From positions 1,811,102-1,875,101 of the forward strand of contig CAJINV010000016.1 of assembly GCA_905178155.1 (NCBI GenBank): DNA of 64,000 nucleotides. The letters are read 5' to 3'. This stretch comes from Amoebophrya sp. A120. Taxonomy: Eukaryota; Protista; Dinoflagellata. Position numbers and translations under genes: made by a program. Positions 1-12,125 of the stretch are shown in pieces. Under the pieces are notes generated by a model. The model saw only the letters and a list, made by a program, of their open reading frames with translations, did not search any database and was not told the DNA's origin. Positions within the stretch are counted from its first letter, which is position 1. Each line of letters starts with the position of its first letter.

Positions 1-172
1 TTGCCCAACAAGAGCCCCGCTTTTCTGTCATGCAGAAACGCAGTCTGTCATGCAGAATAGGCAACACCTAGAGGCTCCAAAACTTGTCATGCTGGGCCAG
101 CACTTGTGGCCTCCTGATGATACGCCACCCAGCATCACAAATTTCCCGACCCAGACATATTTGCATTTGATA
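1..172. mobile_element. Introner family A, partial (right TIR only)
   Basis: TIR ttcccgacccagacatatttgcatttgata ends at 172; interior resembles 41913-42167. Confidence 0.85.
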
Positions 173-2861
173 GCCGAAAAACACCACCTTCCCGCGCCAC
201 ACGCTGCTGGCCGCGCCCATGATCTGTGGGTGGGGCGTGCCGTGGAGAAACTGGTCCGTGGCAGGGTCTTTCAAACCGTAGTTGACCGTCTCGACCACTT
301 TGACCGGGGTTTGCTTCACGTCAATCTCGTACACGAACGGCAGCTATGGATTGCAACAGTGTCTGAGTCTGGAAGATTCTAATCTTGTAATGCTGTCTCT
401 GGATTCTAAAAAAATGCGTATTGCATGACCAGCAAGAGCACTCCAGTTTGTGCTATGCGGAGAGGGCATTTCTCATGCCGTAGAGGCATCGCAAAGTAGT
501 CCTCTAAAAATATGTGATGCTAGGGCATGCATCACAGACATCATTGGTCATGCAAAATATGCATGACAAACCTGGCAATCTTCCAGACCCAGACATTTGC
601 ATTGGATAGCAGCTCCTTGGGCGTCGCGCCCCCGATCCGGTCCGCGTAGTAATTTCCGGCGAAGGCCTATTACCGTGAAAAATGCCCCCACCCCCAAAGT
701 TGCAATAATTTGTGATGCTACGTTTCCAAATGAAAACTTTTTGTCATGCATGAAAGGAGTGTGAATCTTTGTGATGCAGGGTCTAGGCGTATATAGCATT
801 GCTTGCATGACAAGCGCCGCTCTTGCTGGGATCTGTCGCAATACACATCTTCGCTATTCACGATTGGAGATCTGTGATGCTGCTAGATGCAAGAGGGCGA
901 GTGTTTCTGTCGGAAAGGTTTGCAATGCAAATGCTCCCAAGTTCGGAGGTGGGGGCGTTTTTCATTGTGATAAGGCCAGCAACCGCGTGCCCCCGAGCCA
1001 GTGCAAGTGTGGTGCGTGGCCCGCGAAAAAATCCTTGGCGGCGCCCGTCTCGAAGTCGTCAATGCCCGTTGGCTGCAGAAGCTCCTCGCGCATGCGGATC
1101 CTCGGCGGGGGTTGGACTGCTCGTTCTGCAAAGCGTGCACTTGATGTAGTCTTGCGATTAGTTTCATGATCGCCCCGTCCTCCGTGTTGGTCTGTGATTC
1201 CACCTTGCTCCATGATGTTGGAATTATCTCTTGCACCAAAGTTAGAAGACGACGACGATGAGCCACCTCCTGTGGCGCCTATATATGATGAACCTGGATT
1301 GTTGTTGTGGATATCCGCACTGGCATTTTGCGCACGATCCGCCTTCTGTACAAAACTGGAAGCTTGTTCAGCTAGGTTGGCGTCCTGATCCTGTGTAAAA
1401 ACTGCGCCATTTATCTTTCGGGTCGACGAAGAGGACGCAGATCCACCTCCGACTTGCGGGCCGACGTGGTTTATCGCCGGAGCAGAAGACAAATCCTCCT
1501 TGGTCGCGTCAACATCATCCGCTAGGTGTTTTGGGCGTTTGGACGCCGGCTGCTGCTGCAGTTGTACCTGGCTCGACACCCTGCCTTCCCCTGGCGCGAA
1601 AGCGAACCCCAACCCGGAGCTCGAACTACTAGACGCGTCGCTGCGCGCCGTCAACATCGACGAAGCGGCGGATGAACTACCGCTACCTGATATCCAAGAA
1701 CAAAACTGTGTAAGTGTAACTTTGTGTTGCAGAAAATGCAAAACTGTTACACTTGTCATGCTGGACATGCATCATAGGCTCTTTTCGTACGTGTTTTCAA
1801 GTACTAGCTATGCATGACAGGTTTTCTGTTTCATGCAGAGCAAACTTGTGATGCTATTCCACCAAGAAACTTACACTTACACAGTTTTTTTCTTGCATAC
1901 CTGAGGGTCTGGAGCCGATATCCCGCTGGTTCTTATCGTTCAAGCTTGCGTCCGCTTCCTCCAAATCGGCAACAATTTCGGCGATGTACGCCGGATCGTA
2001 AGCTGGAGACGAGGAGGTTCCTTCTCCTCCAGCAGTAAAGCCTACGCCTTCTGTACTACTGCTATGATGTTCTTTTATTTTCCCGCGTAGCAGTTCTGTT
2101 CCCTGGTTCGAGTCAGATTTTGGGGGCCCGTTTCGCAGCAGCTCTTCGATGCGCGAATCTAACGTCGGACGTGGTGGCTCTTGCGCATGCGCGGCTTGTT
2201 GCCCACCGTTTATTGCCTTCATCTGGTTTGGTTCTAGTTGTCCTGCCGCGAACAAGTTGGTAGAATTTACATCACTTTCATCTCGAATGCCACTTCGCGC
2301 CGTCGCCCCGGAAGTAGCCGCCGTTGACGCCATAAGCCGGAGTAGTTCGACGCCTTTGGTGCTCGTGAGAAGCTTGGCATTTGACATGAGCACCACCTTT
2401 TGCCAATTGGAAATGATGCTTTCCGCGCCGTTCTGGTGGTCATGTTGCAGCTGCGCCGTCGGGGAATCGATCGCGCCCACGAAAATCTCAAACCCCTTGT
2501 TGAAGGAGGATTTTACTTGCACGCTAGCGACCATCTGCCAGACGAAGGGCTCGTTCAGAATCAAATTGTTCAAAATCTTGCACGTCTTGGCCAATTGCCC
2601 GATCTCCTTGATATTCAAAAAAAGAATGATGTACTCCACCCACACCTGGTCGGGAAGCAAATCGACTACACTGAGAGGAGGAGCAAGAACACCAGGCTGC
2701 ATGGCTGAAGACGAGGACGAAGCAGCAAGAACCCCAGCAGCAGCTACCCGCTCCTGCTGCCCGTGCACGACGTCCTGGCCTCCCGCAGTTGTAGAAGAGG
2801 TTGCTCCGCCGGAGGTGGACACGAAGGGCTGCGGGGGAAAGAGGGAAGAGGACGACGCCAT
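173..2861 (-). CDS. F-box protein, probably with C-terminal kelch-like repeats (3' end runs off the window)
   Basis: F-box-like motif LLPDQVWVEYIILFLNIKEIGQLAKTCKILNNL. Removing introners 1691-1899, 668-972 and 345-608 (each plus one TSD) gives the in-frame joins SRPSG/SGSS, TRLLA/FAGNYY and PKEL/PFVYEID. Kelch-like segment GAASSVWRGKVVFFG. Confidence 0.75.
345..608. mobile_element. Introner family A
   Basis: ~30-bp TIRs, TAT...ATA, TSD gcagc/gcagc; inverted copy of 45156-45418. Confidence 0.92.
668..972. mobile_element. Introner family B
   Basis: TIR tattaccgtgaaaaatgcccccacc / ggtgggggcgtttttcattgtgata, TSD aggcc/aggcc. Confidence 0.92.
1691..1899. mobile_element. Introner family C
   Basis: TIR tatccaagaacaaaactgtgtaagtgtaa / ttacacttacacagtttttttcttgcata, TSD cctga/cctga; can be read as a GT-AG intron. 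Confidence 0.92.
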
Positions 2862-3000
2862 GTTGATGCTTGCGGAAGAACGGAGACTCGCGTACAGGTT
2901 CCTTGGGGACTGAAAACTACGGTGCGACTTGTGGAATGATCTGCGAAGGCTGGACGGGGACGAGCGAAGCAGGTTTTTGAAAAATATCTACATCTTTACC

Positions 3001-5268
3001 CAGGTTGTTACTACCTACAACAGGCTTGTAGTGCGGATCAAGAAAGGGTTGTATCGATACAACTTCTAACAGCGAATTTTATAAGGTTCCAGGGTCAATA
3101 CGAGGCGACCAATACGAGCAATCGGAGCAATACGAATCGCATACGAGCGCGGTCGGCGGCTCCTGCGGCCTCCCCATCGCCGATACATCCCGCCCATGCT
3201 TCCATTTGAAAATGTGCGGGCCCGCGCCTGGTGCTGCGATCTTCCTAGGGCCCTCCCCTCTAAGATCGATGACACAATACGAGCGCGCAGCATGATGCGC
3301 GGTCTGGTCCTCGTCCCCTCTGGTGACCGGGAAAACTATCTAAACCTCGAGACGGAGGCTCCCCTACTTCTAACTGAGCCTTTTACTGGTCTGAGTCTAC
3401 TGACTACCCCATCTAGAACGCAGGGCCACCTACATACGGTTTCATGGGTGTAGTAGCATCCCCGCTCTGCAGCGGCAGCCCCCGCCCAAAACAGTCCTAC
3501 TACGGCTGTGGCTGGCGCATGCCACGCAGGCCCAAGCATGGAACCAGCTCGGGCGCCGGTGAATAGCGGCGATTCTTGACTCTGCCCGGCCCCTGGAACT
3601 CATGCGGCAAAGCATATGAGCCAGGGGCACAAAAGGAACGGCGCCGCTTTACGGGCGTATTTGAGAGCAGTGGCGTCGCCAACACGTGCTCAGCAGTTCT
3701 CATCTATTCGCTTTTATTTACCAAAAGGAAAAGCCGCGCCACAAGAGCGACGCCGAGCTTTTTTTTGAAGTGGCGCGGCAGCTTTTTAAAGTTCCAAAGC
3801 AGCGCGCCTTCGTGTTTTCCGACGGGATCGCGGAACTCAGGTTGTTACTACCTACAACAGGCTTGTAGTGCGGATCAAGAAAGGGCTGTATCGATACAAC
3901 TTCTGTTTGTTTGTTTGTTGCGAGTGGTCACATGGAACCGGTTGAAAGTTGTTCTTTCTTCTCATGTGTCTAGCGCTATTTCAATAAAAAGCACAACGTG
4001 ACGGAGCTGCTTTGGCACCCGTCTTAGAAAAACTGACTTCTGCTGAGAGCCTTAAACTCCAAGAAAAACTAAAACAGAGGAAGGCTCGCGAAAAGGGAAA
4101 AAATACATAGAAGTGGTCGTAACTAAAAAGCGTGTTTTTGAGAAAAGTTGTTTCTGTGAAAAGGGAGCCGTAAACTAAAGTCTTTTTGTTGTCGAAAAGG
4201 TCGTTTGAAGTGTTTCTGTTGAAAAGTTAAAAAGTCTGTTCTGTCGTACAAGAAGTCTGCTGAAAATGCGTAGGTTGTGGTGACACTGCTTCTGTTGTGA
4301 GTAAAATGTTGAAGCTTCTAAAAGTCTGTAAAATGATCGAGAGGTTGTTGAACTGAAAAGTCTAACAATTCTGCTGCGACGAGCAGAAGGAACTTCTTCT
4401 TGTTTTTTATTTTTTCCTTTTAGCCTTTTACGCTTTGCTACCACCTAGCTATGCTGCAGATCTTGCTCGGTCTGCCTTACGCATTTTTGTAAAGCGTCTG
4501 CGTTTAAAATTAAATTTTGATAAATAGTTGATTGCGAACGTTGACTCTGGACGCTGTTGGAGCTGCTGTGTGCTACTCTTCGCGACTTGTGCGCGCCCCA
4601 AGGATAACCTCCCCCGCGTCGTTGCTGTCCGAGGCCCAGCCGTCCGCAGGGTTACCGTCTAGACCAGTCCACGCCCCACCATGTGTCGTCTTGCTTAGGT
4701 TAATATCACTGCACTCCCAGCCCTATCAACTTGATAGACTATGCGGCCGGGCGCAGATCACTGATTTTGGTGGCAATACGGATAGGCTACATGTGCAGCA
4801 GGCTTGGTTGTGGGTGGTCGTCGGGCTGCGTGCTTTTTCGCCGCGCCAGGGCGTGTCACCTCACTCCATCACCCTTCGTAGTTCGCGTCTGATATCACTG
4901 CGGCTCTGACCCTAGCCGGGTCGTCGATCCGACTAGACTATGGCGGCCGGGCGCAGATCACCTACTTTCGAGACGTTTTCGTCGTGTGGGCTGGGTGCGT
5001 ACTTTCACCCCCTGTGGTGCGCGGGCTTCGTGTTGTGTTTGGTTGGTTCCTGGCTACGCAGCGTAGTAGCTGCCTGGGTCGCTCGCCCACCATAGGTGGC
5101 GGACTGCGGGGAAAGATCCGATCAGTGGCGCCAGTAGTGTATTGGCCTCCAGTAGCGCGCTGGCCGTCTGGTTGGGCTTGGCTTTACAGTCGTCGGTCGT
5201 CTCGACCCCCCACCTACAACAGGCTTGTAGTGCGGATCAAGAAAGGATTGTATCGATACAACTTCTAA
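3001..5268. repeat. Three direct copies of a 57-68 bp hairpin/palindrome unit (3001-3068, 3838-3904, 5212-5268), probably remains of a mobile element
   Basis: Shared acctacaacaggcttgtagtgcggatcaagaaaggNNtgtatcgatacaacttct; a second imperfect repeat pair lies at ~4703-4763 and ~4893-4961. Confidence 0.8.
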
Positions 5269-6513
5269 TTTCGTCGATATTACTGGTTTGTACCAGCAAC
5301 AAAACGCGACGACGCTACATTGTGTTGCTTAATTAATATCTGGGTAGAAAAATTCCCGTTGTCGCTGTCGCTGTGCTATGTTGCGCTTTCCATTGTTGTT
5401 TTAGAGCACCCTCACGAATCATGATTTGAGAAGATCGTCCAGCAATGCAAAAGCAAAAGCCTAGTAGAAAAGCTGCATCGTTCTTCTTCACACTTTGAAT
5501 CTCTGATCCTTCAAAGAACAAGCAGAAAACGCGAAAGCTTCATCTAGTCCATGGCATGCGGTTTTAGTTTCATTCATCCACTTTGTCAGTTTTGAGATTG
5601 CTGCCCCCTCAAAAAAATGAATACAGTGATCTTCTCACGAGTTGTTTTTAAAGGCACTACTGCAGCGAAGCATGCAGACGCTACGAACGGCAGAACAAAA
5701 ACAACAAAAACGGTGGGGCTCCTGTCTCGCTGGCCATGTGTACAGGTCGCCGACCTTCCTCGAAAAGAACACGCAGGCCACTAGTTGCAGGTGAACAAAG
5801 CTATACAGTACAATTTTTTTCTCGGCATAGGACAGGTAAGTATCAGCATCAAGGTTGGTAGTTGCTTGTTCTCGTCTTTCCGTCGAGTTTTTGCGTCCCT
5901 TGCTTTGAAGCGGGATCGGGAATGGGAGTTTCAGTTTTACCCTCATACATATGACACCCACCCCACGCAGCAAAACAGGACTAATTCAATTGCATCCCCT
6001 CGGCCTCGAACTCTGGAATGATAATTGCAACGTCATACATCGACCTGAATTTTGATTCGATACAGAAAAAGATGGGTCACCAGCTTCTTTATGACAAATG
6101 TGGCTCTGCAAAAGTCGAGAATAATCTACGTATCTGCCCGAAGAAAGAACGTCATTTCACTGCCGGGCTACGGCAATCTATGGGGCTGGAAATCAGGATA
6201 TGGAAAGTGCTTTCTCGTTTTTTATCTTGATCTTCGACTGAAAACAAGAAAAGAGAATCTACAAGTGGTCCTGCTTTTACGTGTGATGAAAAGTGATGTA
6301 TGCAGAACAAAAAAAAATAGTGTACCGTATCTGTGATTTTCGGGGCAACAAAAGCAAAACGTAAACGACAACCCAGTCCCAGCCAGTGGCTGAATATAAA
6401 AAGTAGTGCCAGCAAGTCCGCCTCGACCTGGGAAAAAAAACCTAGTTGCCGGAACCGGAATTTTCTTCGGGACACAGTTCGGTGGTTTTCGTGAAGTCTT
6501 CCGCACCGCGAAA

Positions 6514-6843
6514 TTAGAACTCTTCCAGCACCGGGCACGCGTTGAAAAGAATGCAGTCGTACTTCCACGTGCAGGCAGTTTTTCCGGTTGTAAGCAACGC
6601 TGAGTTGGGGGACCACAATCCCGCAAACTCCCCGGTAGTAGCTTTAATCCATTCCACCTCCTCACAGTTTTTGTGGTCCTGGTTTTGCCAATCCGCTCCG
6701 GTGTCGTCGACCAACGTCCCCCCATGAATGGTGGTGTACCACGCAACGGCATCAAGAAAAAACAACGCGAGCACGGGAATGTAAATTTGGGCAACAGGAC
6801 GAAGGGACGCTTGCCTTCTGTGCCCAGCACTGGTGAACCTCAT
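6514..6843 (-). CDS. Possible small Cys/Trp-containing protein or gene remnant
   Basis: ORF MRFTSAG... with a hydrophobic stretch IYIPVLALFFLDAVAW; no recognisable family. Confidence 0.3.
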   Translation of the reverse strand: MRFTSAGHRRQASLRPVAQIYIPVLALFFLDAVAWYTTIHGGTLVDDTGADWQNQDHKNCEEVEWIKATTGEFAGLWSPNSALLTTGKTACTWKYDCILFNACPVLEEF

Positions 6844-7296
6844 CTTACTTACATCTATTTTCATGACCACCTAGTGTTTGATTCATCGCATGATTCTATT
6901 TGTAAATGAAGATGGCGCGATCGCCTTATCTACGCCACAAACATAGCAAAAGTTGCACCATACTCACCACGCTAATTTGCTTGTTGTTTTTTTCGATACC
7001 AGTTCGCGTCATTCTGGCAATCCGCCCGAGATTTATGCAACAAAAAAGGCCAATGCATCCGCTCCTCCGATAATCCCAAAAGTTTTTCTGTGTGAGTTCA
7101 ACTTTAACTACCTTGAGACCCAGAAAATAAAATAGTACTGTAGCAGGAGAAAATCATATATAAGAAGTGGTCGCATCTTGCTTATACGTGATTTCATCCC
7201 GTGACGCAGCGGTTATAGATACTTCTGCAGATGATGATGAGGGGAACTTTGCAACAACCCGACGAATCTCATGCACATCACGCTGCAAAAGGATTT

Positions 7297-8706
7297 TTAC
7301 CTCCTGAGAACATTGTAGTGAACGGAAAAATGGACTTTTTTTCCATAGCACAGGTCGGCTTTCCAGTACCAGTTGACGTTGCGATGCAATGCTTGCCAAT
7401 CCAAAGGGGTAGTCCATGTAATCCCCGTGCCATTATATGGAGTTTTTCTGCTGCAAGTGTCGCCGTCTGCGAATGCGGGTAAGGGGGCGCTGGGTGCAAT
7501 AGTCTCGCAGTACTGCCCAGCGGTCTGAATGCACAGTTTTCCCGTGTGCTCCTCGCTCGTACAGGTGGGCCCGGCTTCCGGTGGTGGCGTGCCGTCGACT
7601 GCCGCTGCCACGCACTTGTCGTCTTGGTCAAACTTGCACTTGTCGCCAGTGCCTTTGGTGCACTGCAGTTCGGCGGTCACCTCGGTAATGGTGTCGTCCA
7701 CCGCAGCGCTGCAATCGTCGCGAATGGGACAGAAAAACCACATTGCGGGTGTCGAACTATCTATACGTAATATACACAAATTTTCAATATGAGCACAAAC
7801 GCAGATATCTCTTAACTTGTATACGCGACAACGCTCTCTTTCGTGTGCTTTGATGTAGTTACATCGCAAAAGTTGCAGATTCTTGAATGAAAAATCCTCA
7901 TCATGCTCTTCACTATCTATCATTCTCCGGCATCGTTGACTCTTGACCCTGCACCAGACACTAACAGGGACGCCGTTGCGTTGCATTCTGCATCAGCATC
8001 TGCTATACTTGCATAAGTACAAGTGCAATGCGGATTTCCATTTCACTTCCATACAGCACATGGCAGCGTGCTTCTCCACCGTCCACTCGTCCTGAGCATC
8101 CTGCTCGAACCGGGACCCGTAGGCGCAGTTCAGCGTGGCACCCTGGTCGTTGCACTCGCCCTCGTCCGTGATGGCGTCGCAAGACGCCGGCGCGGCCCAC
8201 GCCACGCACTTGTTGTCGTTTGCAGGATCCACCATGCACTTCGGATCGGCGGTCTGGGCCTCGCACTCGTCCATGTCCGTGATCGCGTCGCAAGACAGGT
8301 TTTGACCTCCGGACGCGACCGTGGTTGTGGTGGTTGTTGTCACGTTCGAATTCGATCCTCCACCGACCACGACGGGCGCCGACGTCGTGACGGATTCGGA
8401 GATCGGCGCCGGTGTCGCGAGGTCAGCACAACCCACTTTCTCCTTCTTCGCGAAAAGCTTGTGCAAAAAGGCTGCAGGTTTCTTGATCTTGCTACTGCCC
8501 CCGGTCGTGCCAGCGGCCAGAACACCTTTATTTTTTCCGGTTGACCGGCGCCGCGGTCGTTCTAGCGTGGCGGAGGTCGAAGTCAAATGGACCGCATACG
8601 CAGAGGAAACCTCCTCTCCTGGATGCGCGGCGGAGAAGAGGAAGAACAAGGCCTTGTTAGAGATTCTACTTTGTCGCCCGTTGGCGGGGGTGAAGCGGTG
8701 CGACAT
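7297..8706 (-). CDS. Cys-rich putatively secreted protein with CDAITD-ECxx repeats
   Basis: Repeats SCDAITDMDECEAQ...KC and SCDAITDEGECNDQ. Probable degenerate intron ~7723-8053 (join AMCC/DCSAAVDD). C-terminus uncertain. Confidence 0.6.
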
Positions 8707-9445
8707 GATGTATGTTGTTGAGGGTGACTTGTTGAAAAAGAGGAATATACGCAGAAGATTTTTTTCTAAAGTGGAGAAAAGTTGTAGTGTTCTTCTTGTT
8801 ATTTCCGTGTGTGCCGGAGTAGAAGCTGTTCAAGAAAACGGAGCAAAAATAACGGGCTGGAAACGTCGCTGGGAAGAGGAGAAAATGCAGCAGGGATTGA
8901 AGCCGCCGTCTGTGCCAGGGCACGAAAAGTCTTCGCTCTGGGGCCCATCCTTCTTGCAAGAGTAATGTCCACCCTCCTCCGGCTCATCCTTGTTTTTCCC
9001 GCCGGAACAGCACGAGTTGTCCGTTCCGTCTCCCGGGCAGCAGTAGTCCTCCGCGTTCGGTTTGTCCCACGACGGGTCTGCCGCGGTCGCGTGCCACGGT
9101 CCGTTCCAAAAGCATTGCGGGTAACGCGGGTTGCCATTCTCGTCCTTGGCGCCACACTTCGCTTCCGGGGGGGCGTAGTAGGAGTACTAGTTGAAGTTTC
9201 AGCAGCAACTGGCGCTGGAGTCTGCCCCTGCGAGCCACCGATGTTCGCACCCGTGCCTGGAGGCTCCACCCCCGGGCCACCGCCGGTCGCACCCGTGCCA
9301 TCATCGGCTGCTGTTTTCTCCGCAGCCGCGTCATCTGCGGGAGAATCCCCGGCTCCCCCGCCCCCATCGGGGGAACCTGCGGGCACGGACCCGTCCGTGG
9401 ACGCAACGTACAACTGCGCCCCGCAGAGGCTCAGCGCGTCATGCT

Positions 9446-9751
9446 TATGGAAATGTCAGAATCGAAATCGACAAAATCGAAAAACTTGAGATGCACAAAA
9501 GCGATGTCAGTTGGAGCCTCAGTTTCCAAGTGGCGCATGACAAATTTCGGACCCACCCACATCCAGTCTGTCATGCTGTTTGGGCAAAGCAGACTGCTGC
9601 TGTCATGCCCATCTGGCAGCGCATTGCATACCCCGAAACAGGCTTGCTATCGGTTTCATTTGCCTGCTTCCCAATACTGGCCTTCAGTGCCCTACATTTT
9701 ATGCATCACAAATTTTTCGACTTTGTCGATTTCGATCCTGACACATCCATA
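9446..9751. mobile_element. Introner family D
   Basis: TIR tatggaaatgtcagaatcgaaatcgacaaaatcgaaaa / tttttcgactttgtcgatttcgatcctgacacatccata, TSD atgct/atgct; join AKEH/DALSLC. Confidence 0.92.
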
Positions 9752-9840
9752 ATGCTCTTTCGCTGAGTACAGGTCGTTTTTGTCGCCGCGGTACAGAGGC
9801 GCCACCACGTAAATCCGCTGCACCGGGTGCTTCAGCTTGC

Positions 9841-10108
9841 TATCAAATGCAAAAGTGTCTGGGTCTGGAAGAATGCAAGGTTTGTGTTTGTCATGCGCAT
9901 TTTGCATGACTCCTGATGTCTGTGATGCATGCCCTAGCGTCGCAGATTTTGTGAGGGCTTCCTGATGCCTATACCGCATGAGAAATGCCCGCCCGCCGTG
10001 GCAAAAACTGGATCTCTTTTGCTGTTCGTGCAATACAGATTTTTGTACCAACCAGATGCAGCATCACAAGCTGCATTCTTCCAGACCCAGACATTTTTGC
10101 AATCCATA
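9841..10108. mobile_element. Introner family A
   Basis: TIRs, TSD cttgc/cttgc; join SDGK/LKHPVQ. Confidence 0.93.
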
Positions 10109-11114
10109 CTTGCCATCGCTCAGCGGGATCGAGGTGCCGCCTTGGCTTCCCGGCAGCACCTCCCCGAGTTGGACGTAATCCACACCCTTTTTGTAGTTTC
10201 CTTTGATCTTAGGATCCGCCAGCATGTCGTAGAACTTTTTCCCGATGGCCGCGTTGTTTGTTTTGCAAACGCTGTTGTCCGCGTACCACTTTGGCCCGCC
10301 CGGGAGTGTGACGTTCAGGGTGGAATCGATAGCAAGATTGTAGTCAATTTCGAAGGGTTTCGGGTTCTTGGGGTCATTTTCCTTGGGCATCTCCCTGCGT
10401 CCGTTCTGCTTCGGGATTTTTTCCTCGTCACAGTCTTCGTTCAATGATGTGCCCCCAAGATCGGGATCCAGCCAGACCGTGGCGCCGTTCAGTCTTTCCG
10501 GCCACTCCTTCGCGCCGTCGTCCCGATTGTACAGAACCAGGTTGAGTGCCGCCGGGGTCCTGTGCCCTGGCTAAAAGCGCCGCCGGGGTGATTATGCACC
10601 ACATTTTCTGCGTCCCCTCCCGGAACCGGTCGGGTTATCAAAATCAAAAATCCCCCCTCCCCATATTCAAAACGACGGGTCTGATGTTGTCGGAACTGCG
10701 TACACAAATAAGGGATCGCTGCTGGACGATTCTACTCAGTCTGCGCAGGGGAGTTCGAGTCTAATTGCTTCGCATGTTGGTACTAGTAAACGGCTGCCCT
10801 GTAGTACTAGCCCCAACGGCATGAAGATAAATCGCTTCCATAATGGGGCGGAAACCCCTGCTCTTGCCTTCTTGCTGATTTGTGGCCACAGATCAGCATC
10901 ACAAATTTCCATTTTGAGCACTCATGGGACGAAGGGGGAACTTTTCCTCATGGCACGAGTGCGGCCTTCCCGCCGTCCTCCTTGCCGCGCACGGCGTCCG
11001 GGAAAGGCAGTTCGAAATATCACGCGAAAAAAATGACTTCCAGCACTGTGACGCATTTAGTGCAGCAGGATCTACTGCGTCACAAGGTTGTCGTAGCACA
11101 TGACGAAAGGTTGT

Positions 11115-11888
11115 CGTAGTCCGCCCGGACGACCCCAGGTTTTTCCGGGATCGCCTCGTCGGCCACCGACTGCGCCACCAAAACGCAGCCAAAGTCCGTC
11201 GGGTGCCACGCTCGCAGCAGGCACAGGTCCCGCGGCTGCACAAACAGCGCGCCCTTGTACGCCAAGTGAGCCAGATCGCACCCGGCTGCTTGCGTTGATG
11301 TTCTTGTTCCGCGTGTAAGAACTACTGCGTCGTTGTCTACTGTGGTCGACTGTTCTTCACCATCATCTCCGTCTGCTGCCCCTTCGTACTGTACGTGAAT
11401 CCTGCCGTACTCCATCTGCGAATCCCAGAGTTTTCGGCGCTCCAAGTCGACGATCAGACCCAGGATCTCCGCCGGCTCCGTTTCGGGAAACACCAACCGC
11501 CCACGCACCGCGATGATGTCGTCCCCTACGTATTTCTGGCCGACGTACCGCGCGATCTCGAGTTTTTCGGCGGAAATCTTATTCATCGACGGCTTGGCGC
11601 CCCCACTCGAGGAAGAACTAGCTTGTTTTTCGCCACTCTGGAGTACCATCCAGTCATCATAGGATTCCGCTTGTTTCTCCAGTATCCTGTGCAAAAGTAT
11701 CGCAATCGCACTTGTATAAATGCTGGTCTTGCATTACAAGTTTCTTTGTCAAGGCAAATCAGCATTACAAATTTTATTTCTCATGCTGAGAAAATTTGTA
11801 TATGCATTTATACACGATACTTTTGCAGTTCATATCCAGAAAATCCATCCAGCCAATCCATGGCACCTCCTCATTCGTGCACCTCGTT
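11115..11888 (-). pseudogene. Captured START/SRPBCC lipid-binding domain gene fragment
   Basis: Motifs DLERRKLWD, VQPRDLCLLRAW and SVADEAIPEKPGVVRA are typical of START domains; no start codon or C-terminal helix visible; lies between 43-bp direct repeats. Confidence 0.75.
11683..11834. mobile_element. Introner family E (inside the captured START fragment)
   Basis: tatcctgtgcaaaagtatcg / cgatacttttgcagttcata, TSD tccag/tccag; join WMDFL/EKQAESY. Confidence 0.85.
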
Positions 11889-12125
11889 CGGCCACTCCTT
11901 CGCGCCGTCGTCCCGATTGTACAGGACCAGGCGAGCAACGTCATGAGCCTTCTTATCCTCGAAGGCAACCTGCCACCAGTTGAGTCCGCGACCCGCCACG
12001 TAACCCGTGGCTTGCTGACCAGTTCGCTTGGAATCATCGTCCCAGGAGGTCAAATCCTCCACTGTCCTAGTACTACCATCGAGAGCTTTATTACAGTGAA
12101 AAATGCCAAAGTTGCACAAATTTGC

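Noticed and set aside
2149-2913. Long plus-strand ORFs (also 8321-8965, 8809-9489, 57131-57772)
   Set aside because: Antisense shadows of minus-strand genes with no recognisable motifs.
3001-3904. LTR retrotransposon/TRIM or hammerhead retrozyme
   Set aside because: No TG...CA termini, TSD, primer-binding site or CUGANGA/GAAA core was visible.
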